A DNA stretch of 64,000 nt from NCBI GenBank assembly GCA_048538215.1, contig JBLYPV010000001.1, positions 11,495 to 75,494 of the forward strand, in the 5' to 3' direction. Position numbers and translations under genes: made by a program. The notes under the pieces were generated by a model that had not been told where the DNA came from, made no database searches, and was given only the letters and a program-made list of their open reading frames with translations. Source of the stretch: Patescibacteria group bacterium. Its GTDB lineage: Bacteria > Patescibacteriota > Minisyncoccia > Phycocordibacterales > GCA-2747955. Every line of letters begins with the position of its first letter. Position 1 is the stretch's first letter. This document shows, piece by piece, positions 41,331-49,781 of this stretch.

Positions 41331-42389
41331 ATGGACATGAAAGAAGAGTTGAAAAAATTAATTCAAATTGTCGTCTCAGAAGAGGCATCAGATCTTCATC
41401 TTTCGGAAGGGCGCTATCCTACTATTCGAGTATCTGGAGCGCTCATACCGATTACTAAAAGCCGAGAATTATCTGAAGAAGATTTATCTATACTTTTGAA
41501 TTTAATACTCACCCCTGATCAGCGCGAACGATTTATTGCTAATAAAGAGATGGATTTTGCTTTTGAAGCGGGGGGAGTACGCTTTCGTGGCAATGCTTAC
41601 TATCAACAAGGAGATGTCTCTATCGCCTTACGACAAATTAATAATAAAGTAAGCTCTCTTGAAGAGCTTGGATTGCCTAGCATACTCGAAACATTTGCAA
41701 AAAAAGAACAAGGATTTTTCTTAGTGGTAGGGCCTACTGGGCATGGCAAATCTACTACGCTCGCTACTTTAATTGATATTATCAATCAGAGTCGTACAGA
41801 ACACATCGTGACAATTGAAGACCCAGTTGAATTTTTGTTTGAACAAAAGCAGTCTATTATAGATCAACGAGAAGTAGGATTTGATACAAGGAATTTTTCA
41901 GCAGCACTCAGAAGTGCATTCCGACAAGATATTGATGTTTTGATGATAGGAGAGATGCGTGGCCCAGAGACAATGGAGACGGCCATTACCGCTGCTGAGA
42001 CGGGGCACTTAGTATTCTCCACTCTCCATACTAATACCGCTTCACAGACAATCGATCGTATTATCGATACCTTTAGCGGGGATAAGCAAAAACAAATCCG
42101 TACTCAGCTCTCGAGCTCGCTTATGGGAATTTTTTCTCAACGACTCATTCCTTCGGTATCAGGAGGGCGGGTACCTGCCTACGAGCTTTTGATCAATACT
42201 CCTGCTGTTTCCAATTTGATTCGAGAAGGAAGAATTCATGAGATTGATTCTTTTATTGAGACATCTTCACAACACGGTATGATTTCTCTCAATCGGTCGC
42301 TTGCTACCCTTGTGCGTGAGGGGGAGATTTCAGTAGAAGATGCATATCGTTATTCTCCTCAGAGTAAGAATCTAGATCGCTTGCTCTAA
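41331..42389 (+). CDS. pilT: Twitching-motility/retraction ATPase (PilT family)
   Basis: 352 aa. Walker A (VVGPTGHGKSTT), DVLMIGEMRG, GHLVFSTLHTNTA. Confidence 0.8.
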   Translation: MDMKEELKKLIQIVVSEEASDLHLSEGRYPTIRVSGALIPITKSRELSEEDLSILLNLILTPDQRERFIANKEMDFAFEAGGVRFRGNAYYQQGDVSIALRQINNKVSSLEELGLPSILETFAKKEQGFFLVVGPTGHGKSTTLATLIDIINQSRTEHIVTIEDPVEFLFEQKQSIIDQREVGFDTRNFSAALRSAFRQDIDVLMIGEMRGPETMETAITAAETGHLVFSTLHTNTASQTIDRIIDTFSGDKQKQIRTQLSSSLMGIFSQRLIPSVSGGRVPAYELLINTPAVSNLIREGRIHEIDSFIETSSQHGMISLNRSLATLVREGEISVEDAYRYSPQSKNLDRLL

Positions 42390-42401
42390 ATACATATATC
42401 T

Positions 42402-43238
42402 ATGCTTATTACCAAACAAGACGGTAGCCAAGAGGAGTTTGATCCTCATAAGCTTGATGAATCACTCTTGCGTGCGGGCACAAGCAAGGAAGCTCGAGAA
42501 GAGATTATTGAGCGTATCACAGATGAGATTGAAGAGGGTATGAGCACCACGGTCATTTATCGGAAGGCGTATAAATTACTTGAAAAATATGAAAAACGGC
42601 CAGAGGTAACCTTTCGTTATTCTTTGCGTCGAGCAATTGCTGATTTTGGCCCCTCAGGTTTTCCTTTTGAAAAATTTATAGGCGAAGTATACCGCCTTGA
42701 GGGTTATCAAGTAGAGGTAGGAAAAAAAATTAAGGGCAGATGTGCTACTCACGAGCTAGATATTGTGGGGCACAAAGAAGGTGAGATTTTTACCGCTGAG
42801 CTCAAATTTCATAATAAGCAATCAATCCGTACCGATCTGCAGACCACACTCTATATGCGAGCTCGTTTCGATGACCTTATCGCTATAAATTACTATAAAG
42901 ACACAACTCCACGCTTGGCTATTATTACCAATACTAAATTTACCTCAAGTGCTATTAATTATGGTGAATGTATGGGTATTGAGCTTATTGGGTGGAATTT
43001 TCCTCGCAGAGAGGGGAATCTACATGATGTAATTATGAAAAGTGGTATTCATCCACTAACTTGCTTATCATCACTTAGCAAAAGCCAAAAAAGATATTTC
43101 CTTGAAAAAGGATTAGTGCTTTGCCGTGAATTAGTAGAGAATGACATGCAAGCTCTTCGTGAGGCACGGGGGATTGTGCCGGAATCAAAATTGGGAAAAA
43201 TACGAGAAGAAATAGAGCTTATTCAACAGGCAGTATAG
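42402..43238 (+). CDS. ATP-cone domain fused to a restriction-endonuclease-like (Mrr_cat/PD-(D/E)xK) domain
   Basis: N-terminal ITKQDGSQEEFDPHKLDESLLRAG…EEIIERITDEIE matches the ATP-cone (NrdR/RNR N-terminal) pattern. The central FEKFIGEVYRLEGYQVEV…HELDIVGHKEGEIFTAELKF resembles the Mrr-type endonuclease core. Confidence 0.5.
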   Translation: MLITKQDGSQEEFDPHKLDESLLRAGTSKEAREEIIERITDEIEEGMSTTVIYRKAYKLLEKYEKRPEVTFRYSLRRAIADFGPSGFPFEKFIGEVYRLEGYQVEVGKKIKGRCATHELDIVGHKEGEIFTAELKFHNKQSIRTDLQTTLYMRARFDDLIAINYYKDTTPRLAIITNTKFTSSAINYGECMGIELIGWNFPRREGNLHDVIMKSGIHPLTCLSSLSKSQKRYFLEKGLVLCRELVENDMQALREARGIVPESKLGKIREEIELIQQAV

Positions 43239-43320
43239 TATTGACATATTTGCTATCCTTTACATAGTATAGTATATTGCTTGTTAATAGTGGTTTGAGT
43301 CATCACGAAGGGATGAAGGA

Positions 43321-43662
43321 ATGAACATTTTCTTTGTAACAGTAGGGCTTGTGGGCTATCTTACAATTGGCTTTTTCGTCGCCGGGGCTGTCACAGTCCA
43401 AAACAGGGCCTACAATCATAAAGATCGGCCCAAACAGAGCCCAGTCTGGGTGTACCTCGTGTACACATTGATCGTGGCTCTTTGGGTTCTGCGGGTATTT
43501 GCATGGCCCGTGGTCGCCCTGGTCGTTCCATGGTACATGATGAAAAATGCCTGGAACCACCCAGTTTGGTGCTTGAAAGGGTGCCCCTTTCACAAGACCT
43601 TCTTGTCGAATATGATGACAAGAAGGGTGGAGGGCAGAAGCCCTCATGAGCAGAGGTGCTAA
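43321..43662 (+). CDS. Small membrane protein (113 aa, 3-4 TM, Trp/Pro-rich)
   Basis: Hydrophobic ORF followed by a terminator at 43679-43706. Confidence 0.4.
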   Translation: MNIFFVTVGLVGYLTIGFFVAGAVTVQNRAYNHKDRPKQSPVWVYLVYTLIVALWVLRVFAWPVVALVVPWYMMKNAWNHPVWCLKGCPFHKTFLSNMMTRRVEGRSPHEQRC

Positions 43663-43678
43663 GCTATGCATTAGAAAG

Positions 43679-43706
43679 GAGGCGACCCGCACGGGTCGCC
43701 TTTTTC
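43679..43706 (+). terminator. Rho-independent terminator aggcgacccg cac gggtcgcct + T5
   Basis: Seen directly. It is followed by an extended -10 (TGcTACAAT, ~43721-43729) about 9 nt before the frr ATG. Confidence 0.6.
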
Positions 43707-43738
43707 TCTTGTCTTTTCTTTATGCTACAATACTTTTT

Positions 43739-44287
43739 ATGAACGCACAGCAGACATTTAAGGACAAGCTCGACGCAGTAGCTCTTTGGCTTCAAAAAGA
43801 GTATCAAACAATTCGTACCGGCCAAGCAAGCCCTGCTATTTTAGATGGCATTACGGTAGAGGCTTATGGGGTGAAAACACCACTTGCACAAATAGCGGCT
43901 GTTTCTATAGAGGGGACACAATCATTATTAGTGAGTCCTTATGATAAGAATCAAATTAAGCAATTAGAGAAAGCTTTCTATGAGGCCGACCTCGGTCTTT
44001 CTATTGTATCGGGTGAAGCGGGGGTGCGGGTGATTTTTCCTAATCTCACTGCGGAACGACGAGTGATGCTTATTAAGCTTGCTCGTGAAAAGCTTGAGAA
44101 AGCACGAGTATCTGTCCGTCAAGAGCGTGACAGCTATTGGAGCGATATTCAATCTCAGCACAAAGAGGGAGAGATTTCTGAGGATGAAAAGTTTAGCAAA
44201 AAGGAAGAAATGGAGGAGCTTGTAAAGGGGAGTAATGATAGGCTTGATCAATTATTTAAAAATAAAGAGTCTGAAATAAAAGGCTAG
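43739..44287 (+). CDS. frr: Ribosome recycling factor
   Basis: MNAQQTFKDKLDAV…LQKEYQTIRTGQASPAILDGITVEAYG matches RRF. The ORF-track start at 43646 is replaced by the Met at 43739, placed by RRF alignment. An extended -10 (TGcTACAAT) ~9 nt upstream means the transcript is leaderless or nearly so. Confidence 0.8.
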   Translation: MNAQQTFKDKLDAVALWLQKEYQTIRTGQASPAILDGITVEAYGVKTPLAQIAAVSIEGTQSLLVSPYDKNQIKQLEKAFYEADLGLSIVSGEAGVRVIFPNLTAERRVMLIKLAREKLEKARVSVRQERDSYWSDIQSQHKEGEISEDEKFSKKEEMEELVKGSNDRLDQLFKNKESEIKG

Positions 44288-44336
44288 GGATATTATTGCC
44301 AAAAACGGACTCTTATAAATAAAACATTAATATACT

Positions 44337-45434
44337 ATGGATATAGCTATAGGCTTCATTATTGCAATCATAGTGCTTGTATTTGTGCATGAGCTTGGAC
44401 ACTTTCTCTTTGCCAAGTGGGTGGGATGTCGAGTGGATGAATTTTCTGTAGGCTTTCCTCCAGCTCTTTTTTCTCGCACACTTGGGGAGACAAGATATAC
44501 CCTTGGGGCTATTCCCATTGGAGGCTATGTCAAGATTTGGGGAGAAAATGGTAGCGAAGAGGTACAAGAAGACCCAGATAATCCACGCGCCTTATATAAT
44601 CGCCCTCGTTGGGCACAGGCTCTTGTCTTGTTTGGAGGAATTTTATTTAATGTAATTCTAGCGTGGCTTTTATTTAGTATACTTTTTGCTACTGGCATTG
44701 AGGCAAACAGCGAGCGATTTCCAGATGAGCGATTAGCTAATCCAAAAGTGCAAATCACAGGTATTATCGAGGGCTATCCAGCAGCATCTTCTACCTTGAG
44801 TGTAGCAAGTACCATTAATGCAATATATGCAGAAAATGGTGATAGCTTGAGCCCTATTGAGGGGTATCAAGCCGTGCAAGCATTTATTGCCTCACATCCT
44901 CATCAAGTACTTAGTATTACTACTACCAATCAAGCAGGGGAAGTCCTGCAAACATCACTGTCCCCTAAGAGCGAAGGAGGGCGCGCTTTGATTGGTGTAG
45001 AGCTTGCTACCGTAGGCACTATTACTTTGCCCTGGTATCAGGCATTATATGAAGGAGCTAGACTTACCGTAGACCTTACTATAGCCATTTTTAGTTTCTT
45101 AGGAGATTTTCTTGCTGGGCTTTTTACGGGGAGTACTCAGGCAGATAGTATTGCAGGCCCAGTAGGGATTGCTCATTTTGCTGGTGATTCATTTTCGGCT
45201 GGAGCAGGAGAGTTTGCTTGGTTTATAGCCATTCTTTCACTTAACTTGGCGATTTTTAATCTTCTCCCTATTCCAGCCCTTGATGGTGGGCGCTTGGTAC
45301 TTGTGGCGATTGAGTCCGTTATTCGGCGGCCACTTAATCCGCGATGGGCACTATACCTTAATGCAGGTGGGTTTATTTTTTTGATTGGATTGATGGCCTT
45401 GGTGACCATCTTTGATATTTATAAATTATTTTAA
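44337..45434 (+). CDS. rseP: Site-2 protease (RseP/M50 family zinc metalloprotease) with PDZ domain
   Basis: HELGHFLFAK zinc site in TM1, a central PDZ-like segment, a C-terminal LDGG motif. Confidence 0.8.
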   Translation: MDIAIGFIIAIIVLVFVHELGHFLFAKWVGCRVDEFSVGFPPALFSRTLGETRYTLGAIPIGGYVKIWGENGSEEVQEDPDNPRALYNRPRWAQALVLFGGILFNVILAWLLFSILFATGIEANSERFPDERLANPKVQITGIIEGYPAASSTLSVASTINAIYAENGDSLSPIEGYQAVQAFIASHPHQVLSITTTNQAGEVLQTSLSPKSEGGRALIGVELATVGTITLPWYQALYEGARLTVDLTIAIFSFLGDFLAGLFTGSTQADSIAGPVGIAHFAGDSFSAGAGEFAWFIAILSLNLAIFNLLPIPALDGGRLVLVAIESVIRRPLNPRWALYLNAGGFIFLIGLMALVTIFDIYKLF

Positions 45435-45476
45435 AGCCCTCCACTTAGGGACCCGGTCCCTAAGTGGAGGGCTTTG
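45435..45476 (+). terminator. 19-bp perfect-stem hairpin agccctccacttagggacc / ggtccctaagtggagggct
   Basis: Seen directly after the rseP stop, upstream of infA. Confidence 0.55.
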
Positions 45477-45523
45477 GGCTTGCATTACCTTATCCGTATG
45501 ATACAATCCCGACACTGTTTTTT

Positions 45524-45736
45524 ATGACAAAACAACAAGGAGATGTAAGTGTAGGAGTAGTAATCGAGGCCTTGCCCAATACTATGTTTCGACTCAAGAT
45601 GGAAGAAGGTAATGAACATATTGCCTATCTTGGGGGGAAGATGAAGTTGCACCGTATACGAGTGCTTGTGGGTGACAAAGTAGAAGTCCAAATGGATCCA
45701 TATGGAGGCAAGGGCCGAATTGTAAAGCGCCTCTAA
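45524..45736 (+). CDS. infA: Translation initiation factor IF-1
   Basis: MTKQQGDVSVGVVIEALPNTMFRLKMEEGNEHIAYLGGKMKLHRIRVLVGDKVEVQMDPYGGKGRIVKRL. The start is placed at the conserved Met rather than the ORF-track start at 45464. Confidence 0.85.
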   Translation: MTKQQGDVSVGVVIEALPNTMFRLKMEEGNEHIAYLGGKMKLHRIRVLVGDKVEVQMDPYGGKGRIVKRL

Positions 45737-45748
45737 ACATATACGCGT

Positions 45749-45874
45749 ATGAAAGTAAAATCATCTATCAAAAAGATATGTAAAGATTGTAAAATTGTAC
45801 GACGCAATGGGCGACTTTATAATATCTGCTCAAATCCGCAGAATGGACAACGGCATAAGCAACGCCAAGGTTAG
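45749..45874 (+). CDS. rpmJ: 50S ribosomal protein L36
   Basis: [41 protein letters not shown] (41 aa, CxxC…C…H zinc ribbon). It is below the ORF-track cutoff and in the canonical infA-rpmJ-rpsM position. Confidence 0.85.
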   Translation: MKVKSSIKKICKDCKIVRRNGRLYNICSNPQNGQRHKQRQG

Positions 45875-45903
45875 GATCTTAATAAGATAAATAGTATTAG
45901 AAT

Positions 45904-46284
45904 ATGCGAATCGCAGGAATCACCATCCCAGAAGATAAAAGACTCGAGATAGCTCTCACGGCTGTTTTTGGTGTAGGACGGCCTCAAGCTCGTCGTATTT
46001 TGGATGAATGTTCTATTGATGCTAGTGTGCGTGCAAATGATCTGAGTGATGAGCAAGAGCTTGCTATTCGAGAAGCAGTAGAACACTTGACCATTGAGGG
46101 AGATTTGCGTCGTGAGCGAAGCGCTAATATCAAACGATTGATTGATATTCAGTCATACCGAGGAATGCGACATTCTCGTAAGCTTCCTACTCGTGGTCAA
46201 AATACTAAAACAAATTCTCGCACTATGCGTGGTAATACACGTGCCACTGCTGGAAGTGGTCGAGTTAAAGTCAGTAAGACTTAG
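45904..46284 (+). CDS. rpsM: 30S ribosomal protein S13
   Basis: MRIAGITIPEDKRLEIALTAVFGVGRPQARRIL… canonical S13. Confidence 0.92.
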   Translation: MRIAGITIPEDKRLEIALTAVFGVGRPQARRILDECSIDASVRANDLSDEQELAIREAVEHLTIEGDLRRERSANIKRLIDIQSYRGMRHSRKLPTRGQNTKTNSRTMRGNTRATAGSGRVKVSKT

Positions 46285-46314
46285 TAATTATAAATATATC
46301 GTATAGATTGAGTT

Positions 46315-46749
46315 ATGGGTAAAAAACGAATTGCCAGTAAGGGTGGAGATAATAAAAACAATGCACTACGGTCAAGAGCTCTTTCTCGTGGAGGAAAAAG
46401 AAAGCTCGCAAGTGGGATTTTGCATATAGAATCTACTTATAATAATACACGTGTTTCTCTCACCGATATAGAAGGTAATATGTTTTTTACCTCGTCTGCA
46501 GGCGCTCTGGGCTTTAAGGGGGCGAAAAAGGGCACACCTTTTGCTGCAGCTAAGGTAGGAGAGCTTATTGGTGAGCAAGCCTTGACTGCCGGGGTGCAAG
46601 AGGTACGAGTAATTGTCAAAGGGGTGGGTGCAGGGCGTGACTCTGCTGTGCGTGCGTTTATTGGTAAAGGGATTGCTATCATTTCTATTATTGATCGAAC
46701 TCCTGTGCCTCATGGTGGGGTAACCCGGCGTAAGCCACGCCGAGTATAG
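46315..46749 (+). CDS. rpsK: 30S ribosomal protein S11
   Basis: GILHIESTYNNTRVSLTDIEGN…SSAG matches S11. Confidence 0.92.
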   Translation: MGKKRIASKGGDNKNNALRSRALSRGGKRKLASGILHIESTYNNTRVSLTDIEGNMFFTSSAGALGFKGAKKGTPFAAAKVGELIGEQALTAGVQEVRVIVKGVGAGRDSAVRAFIGKGIAIISIIDRTPVPHGGVTRRKPRRV

Positions 46750-46778
46750 GGGCGTAAAGTAATAATAATATATCTAGT

Positions 46779-47384
46779 ATGTTAAAAATCGGACCACAAT
46801 ATAAAATAGCTCGACGATTAGGACCAATCTTCGAAAAGACTCAGACACAGAAGTTTGCTACTCGACTCCAACAACGAGAGCAGAGAGCTGGCCGTCGTCG
46901 AGGTCGACAGCCATCAGCATATGCTCTGGAGCTTTTAGAAAAGCAAAAATTACGCTTCAGCTATGGCCTTAAGGAGAAGCATCTAGCTAATTATGTAGAA
47001 AAGGCTCTCAATGCTCATGATGCTACCGATAAGACGCTTTTTGCTTTACTCGAGCGCCGTCTTGATTCAATCGTGTATCGTGCTGGCTTTGCTGCTACCC
47101 GTCGTCAGGCTCGTCAGCTTGTCTCACATGGACATTTTCTTCACAATGGTCGTCGTGTCACCGTGCCATCTATTCAAGTGCAGGTAGGTGATACTATTGA
47201 GGTAAGACAGGGAAGTAAGAGTAGCCCCCTCTTTAGTGACCTAGCTGGGCGCTTGAATGATCACAAAAACCCTGCTTGGATTACTAGCAAGTTACAAGAA
47301 CTACAAATCGAGGTGGTCGATAATCCGAGCACTACCATCTATGAGTTTGATTACAAAAAGATCATTGAGTACTATACCCGATAG
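46779..47384 (+). CDS. rpsD: 30S ribosomal protein S4
   Basis: S4 N-terminal and S4-domain (RLDSIVYRAGFAATRRQARQLVSHGHF). Confidence 0.9.
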   Translation: MLKIGPQYKIARRLGPIFEKTQTQKFATRLQQREQRAGRRRGRQPSAYALELLEKQKLRFSYGLKEKHLANYVEKALNAHDATDKTLFALLERRLDSIVYRAGFAATRRQARQLVSHGHFLHNGRRVTVPSIQVQVGDTIEVRQGSKSSPLFSDLAGRLNDHKNPAWITSKLQELQIEVVDNPSTTIYEFDYKKIIEYYTR

Positions 47385-47432
47385 TACTCAGCTGACTATA
47401 ATTTAATTAGTAATATACCTAACAACGCGCGT

Positions 47433-48116
47433 ATGAGTAACATCACCCTACCAACAAAGCCACAACAAATTTCAAACGATGGATTTAAAGCACAATTTGT
47501 CATAGAAAATTTATATCCTGGATATGGGCACACCTTTGGAAATTCTCTTCGTCGAATTATCCTTTCTTCAATCCCTGGGGTAGCAGTCACCTCGGTGCAA
47601 ATTGATGGGATAGATCATGAATACTCTACCATCGATGGAGTAAAAGAAGATGTTGTGACTATTTTAATGAACCTTAAGCGAGTCGTTTTTCGCCTGGAAG
47701 GTGATGAGGAGATAGAGTGTACCCTTAAAGTACAAGGAGATAAGCGATATACTGCTCAGGATATTACTGCTCCATCACAAGTGGAAATTATTAATCCTGA
47801 TACACCAATTTGTACCGTCAATGACAAGAAAGCGTCATTTAATATCACTTTTGTAATAAAAAAGGGTATTGGATATGTAGCTAAAGAGGATTTGTATGAG
47901 GGCAAGCTTCCTGTAGGGCTCTTGGTAATGGATACCTCATTTACGCCCATTCGGAGAGTAACTTACGAGGTGGAAAATATGCGTGTAGGAGATCGTACTG
48001 ATTTCAATAAGATTATTATGTATCTTGAGACAGATGGCACCCTTACCCCACAAGAGGCGATGGATCAGTCAATTTCAATTATGCACGAACAAATTAGCGC
48101 TATGATTGATGCGTAA
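47433..48116 (+). CDS. rpoA: DNA-directed RNA polymerase alpha subunit, N-terminal domain only (227 aa; no alpha-CTD)
   Basis: YPGYGHTFGNSLRRIILSSIPGVAVTSVQIDG… matches the alpha-NTD. The ORF stops at 48116 and rplQ starts at 48150, leaving no room for the ~85-aa CTD. Confidence 0.85.
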   Translation: MSNITLPTKPQQISNDGFKAQFVIENLYPGYGHTFGNSLRRIILSSIPGVAVTSVQIDGIDHEYSTIDGVKEDVVTILMNLKRVVFRLEGDEEIECTLKVQGDKRYTAQDITAPSQVEIINPDTPICTVNDKKASFNITFVIKKGIGYVAKEDLYEGKLPVGLLVMDTSFTPIRRVTYEVENMRVGDRTDFNKIIMYLETDGTLTPQEAMDQSISIMHEQISAMIDA

Positions 48117-48149
48117 ATGAGGCAGATCTAATGTAATAAGAAGAATACC

Positions 48150-48515
48150 ATGCGACACCACAACACTAACAGAAAATTCGGACGCGAAAGAAATTCACGC
48201 AAGGCACTTATGCGATCTTTGGCTATTGCTCTTCTTGAGCGTGGGCAGATAGAGACTACCGAAGCAAAGGCCAAAGAGCTACGGCCATTTGTAGAGAAGC
48301 TCATTACCAAGGGCCGTGAAGATACTTTGGCTAATCGTCGGCATTTATTGTCGGTACTTGGCTCGGGAGGAGCTCCTGCGGTACAAAAAATTATGGAAGA
48401 ATACGCAAAGGAATATCAGGATCGCCCTGGTGGATATTTGCGTGTTGTTAAAACACGAGAGCGAATCGGTTCAGATGGTGCACAAATGGCAACTATTGAA
48501 TTTGTGGGCAAGTAA
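48150..48515 (+). CDS. rplQ: 50S ribosomal protein L17
   Basis: MRHHNTNRKFGRERNSRKALMRSLAIALLERGQIETTEAKAKELRPFVEKLIT canonical L17. Confidence 0.9.
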   Translation: MRHHNTNRKFGRERNSRKALMRSLAIALLERGQIETTEAKAKELRPFVEKLITKGREDTLANRRHLLSVLGSGGAPAVQKIMEEYAKEYQDRPGGYLRVVKTRERIGSDGAQMATIEFVGK

Positions 48516-48545
48516 TGTATACTAGCGCGAGTATAAATTGATACT

Positions 48546-48911
48546 ATGACAGTACAAGAAGATATAATCACATACGAAATAGATGCACAAGGAAGACGAC
48601 TTGGGCATATAGCTAGTGAAATAGCAGTCTTACTGATGGGTAAAAATATCCCAGGATATCGAGCTAATGCAGTTAGCCGTGTGCATGTAGTAGTGAGCAA
48701 CGCATCACTTATGGATATTAGCCAAACAAAAAAAGATACAAAAATCTACGACCGCTATACATTCTATCCGGGAGGACGCAAAGAGGAGAATATGCAAAAA
48801 GTGATTACTGATAAGGGATATGGTGAAGTGCTTGCTCGTGCGGTCAGGGGGATGCTTCCAAAAAATAAATTGCAATCTGAGCGTATGAAAAAGCTCACTA
48901 TTAATGAATAA
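48546..48911 (+). CDS. rplM: 50S ribosomal protein L13
   Basis: LGHIASEIAVLLMGKN…YRYTFYPGG matches L13. Confidence 0.85.
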   Translation: MTVQEDIITYEIDAQGRRLGHIASEIAVLLMGKNIPGYRANAVSRVHVVVSNASLMDISQTKKDTKIYDRYTFYPGGRKEENMQKVITDKGYGEVLARAVRGMLPKNKLQSERMKKLTINE

Positions 48912-49398
48912 TTATATGGCAGATCAAGTACACCGAAATATCACCAAAAAAAGAAAGGGGCAAGTGCTCTCTCGAGTGCGAGAACTAATCAAGGCAAGAG
49001 CTCCAAAAGGAGAGTATATAGAAGCGATTGGTCGTCGTAAGACTGCTACTGCTCGAGTACGACTTGTACCTGCGAAAGAAAATACCATGGTGGTCAATGG
49101 TCTCGATGCAAAAGAGTATTTTAAAACAGATCGTTTGACAAAAATTGCACGAGAAGCTCTCGATGATACAGAAGTGGGGGGCACATATAGTGCAAGTGTT
49201 TTTGTACGGGGAAGCGGTATGAATGCTCAAGCAGAAGCGATTCGGCTCGGAGTAGCCCGTGCAATGGTGCAAGAAAATGAAGATACTCGCTCTTATCTTA
49301 AGCACAAAGGCTGGCTCAAACGAGATCCACGAAGTGTTGAGCGTAAGAAATTTGGATTACTCAAGGCACGCAAGGCACCTACTTGGGTCAAGCGATAA
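48904..49398 (+). CDS. rpsI: 30S ribosomal protein S9 with a ~30-aa basic N-terminal extension
   Basis: From YIEAIGRRKTATARVRLVPA… to the C-terminal …KKFGLLKARKAPTWVKR it matches S9. The first ~30 residues have no counterpart in E. coli S9. Confidence 0.85.
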   Translation: MNNYMADQVHRNITKKRKGQVLSRVRELIKARAPKGEYIEAIGRRKTATARVRLVPAKENTMVVNGLDAKEYFKTDRLTKIAREALDDTEVGGTYSASVFVRGSGMNAQAEAIRLGVARAMVQENEDTRSYLKHKGWLKRDPRSVERKKFGLLKARKAPTWVKR

Positions 49399-49408
49399 AT
49401 CTATATTT

Positions 49409-49452
49409 GATATAAAGAAAAAAGTAGTATTTAGTGTCAGCTGACACTAAAT
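49409..49452. terminator. Perfect 18-bp palindromic hairpin gtagtatttagtgtcagc/gctgacactaaatactac flanked by A/T runs
   Basis: Lies immediately after rpsI. Its stem shares the gtagtatttagtg…taaatactac arms with the hairpin at 16868-16905. Confidence 0.65.
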
Positions 49453-49544
49453 ACTACTTTTTTCTTTGTGCAAAAAATTATTTTAAGAAGTATTACAAGT
49501 AACAACTAGTCGAAATGAAAACTACCTTTTGGTAGTTTTCTTTG

Positions 49545-49618
49545 TGCGAATGCCAGGATTCGAACCTGGGACCTCATCATTATCAGTGATGCGCTCTAAC
49601 CAACTGAGCTACACTCGC
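49545..49618 (-). tRNA. tRNA-Ile (anticodon GAU)
   Basis: Minus-strand read GCGAGUGUAGCUCAGUUGGUUAGAGCGCAUCACUGAUAAUGAUGAGGUCCCAGGUUCGAAUCCUGGCAUUCGCA gives a cloverleaf with a 7-bp acceptor stem, D-loop GUUGGUUAG, anticodon loop CUGAUAA and a T-loop UUCGAAU. CCA is not encoded. The hairpin at 49516-49540 downstream on the minus strand is a likely terminator. Confidence 0.85.
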
Positions 49619-49781
49619 AAGTGAGGAACTAAAGCCAAGCGAAGCTTGGATTTATATTCCGAACGCCACGAGTGCAAGATCCCTCTTACACTCGCAAGTG
49701 AGCACCAGTATAGCAAAAAAATACTTGCAATCAATAGTATCAATAGGCAGTATTCATACACACTCTGGTATAATAATTTCT

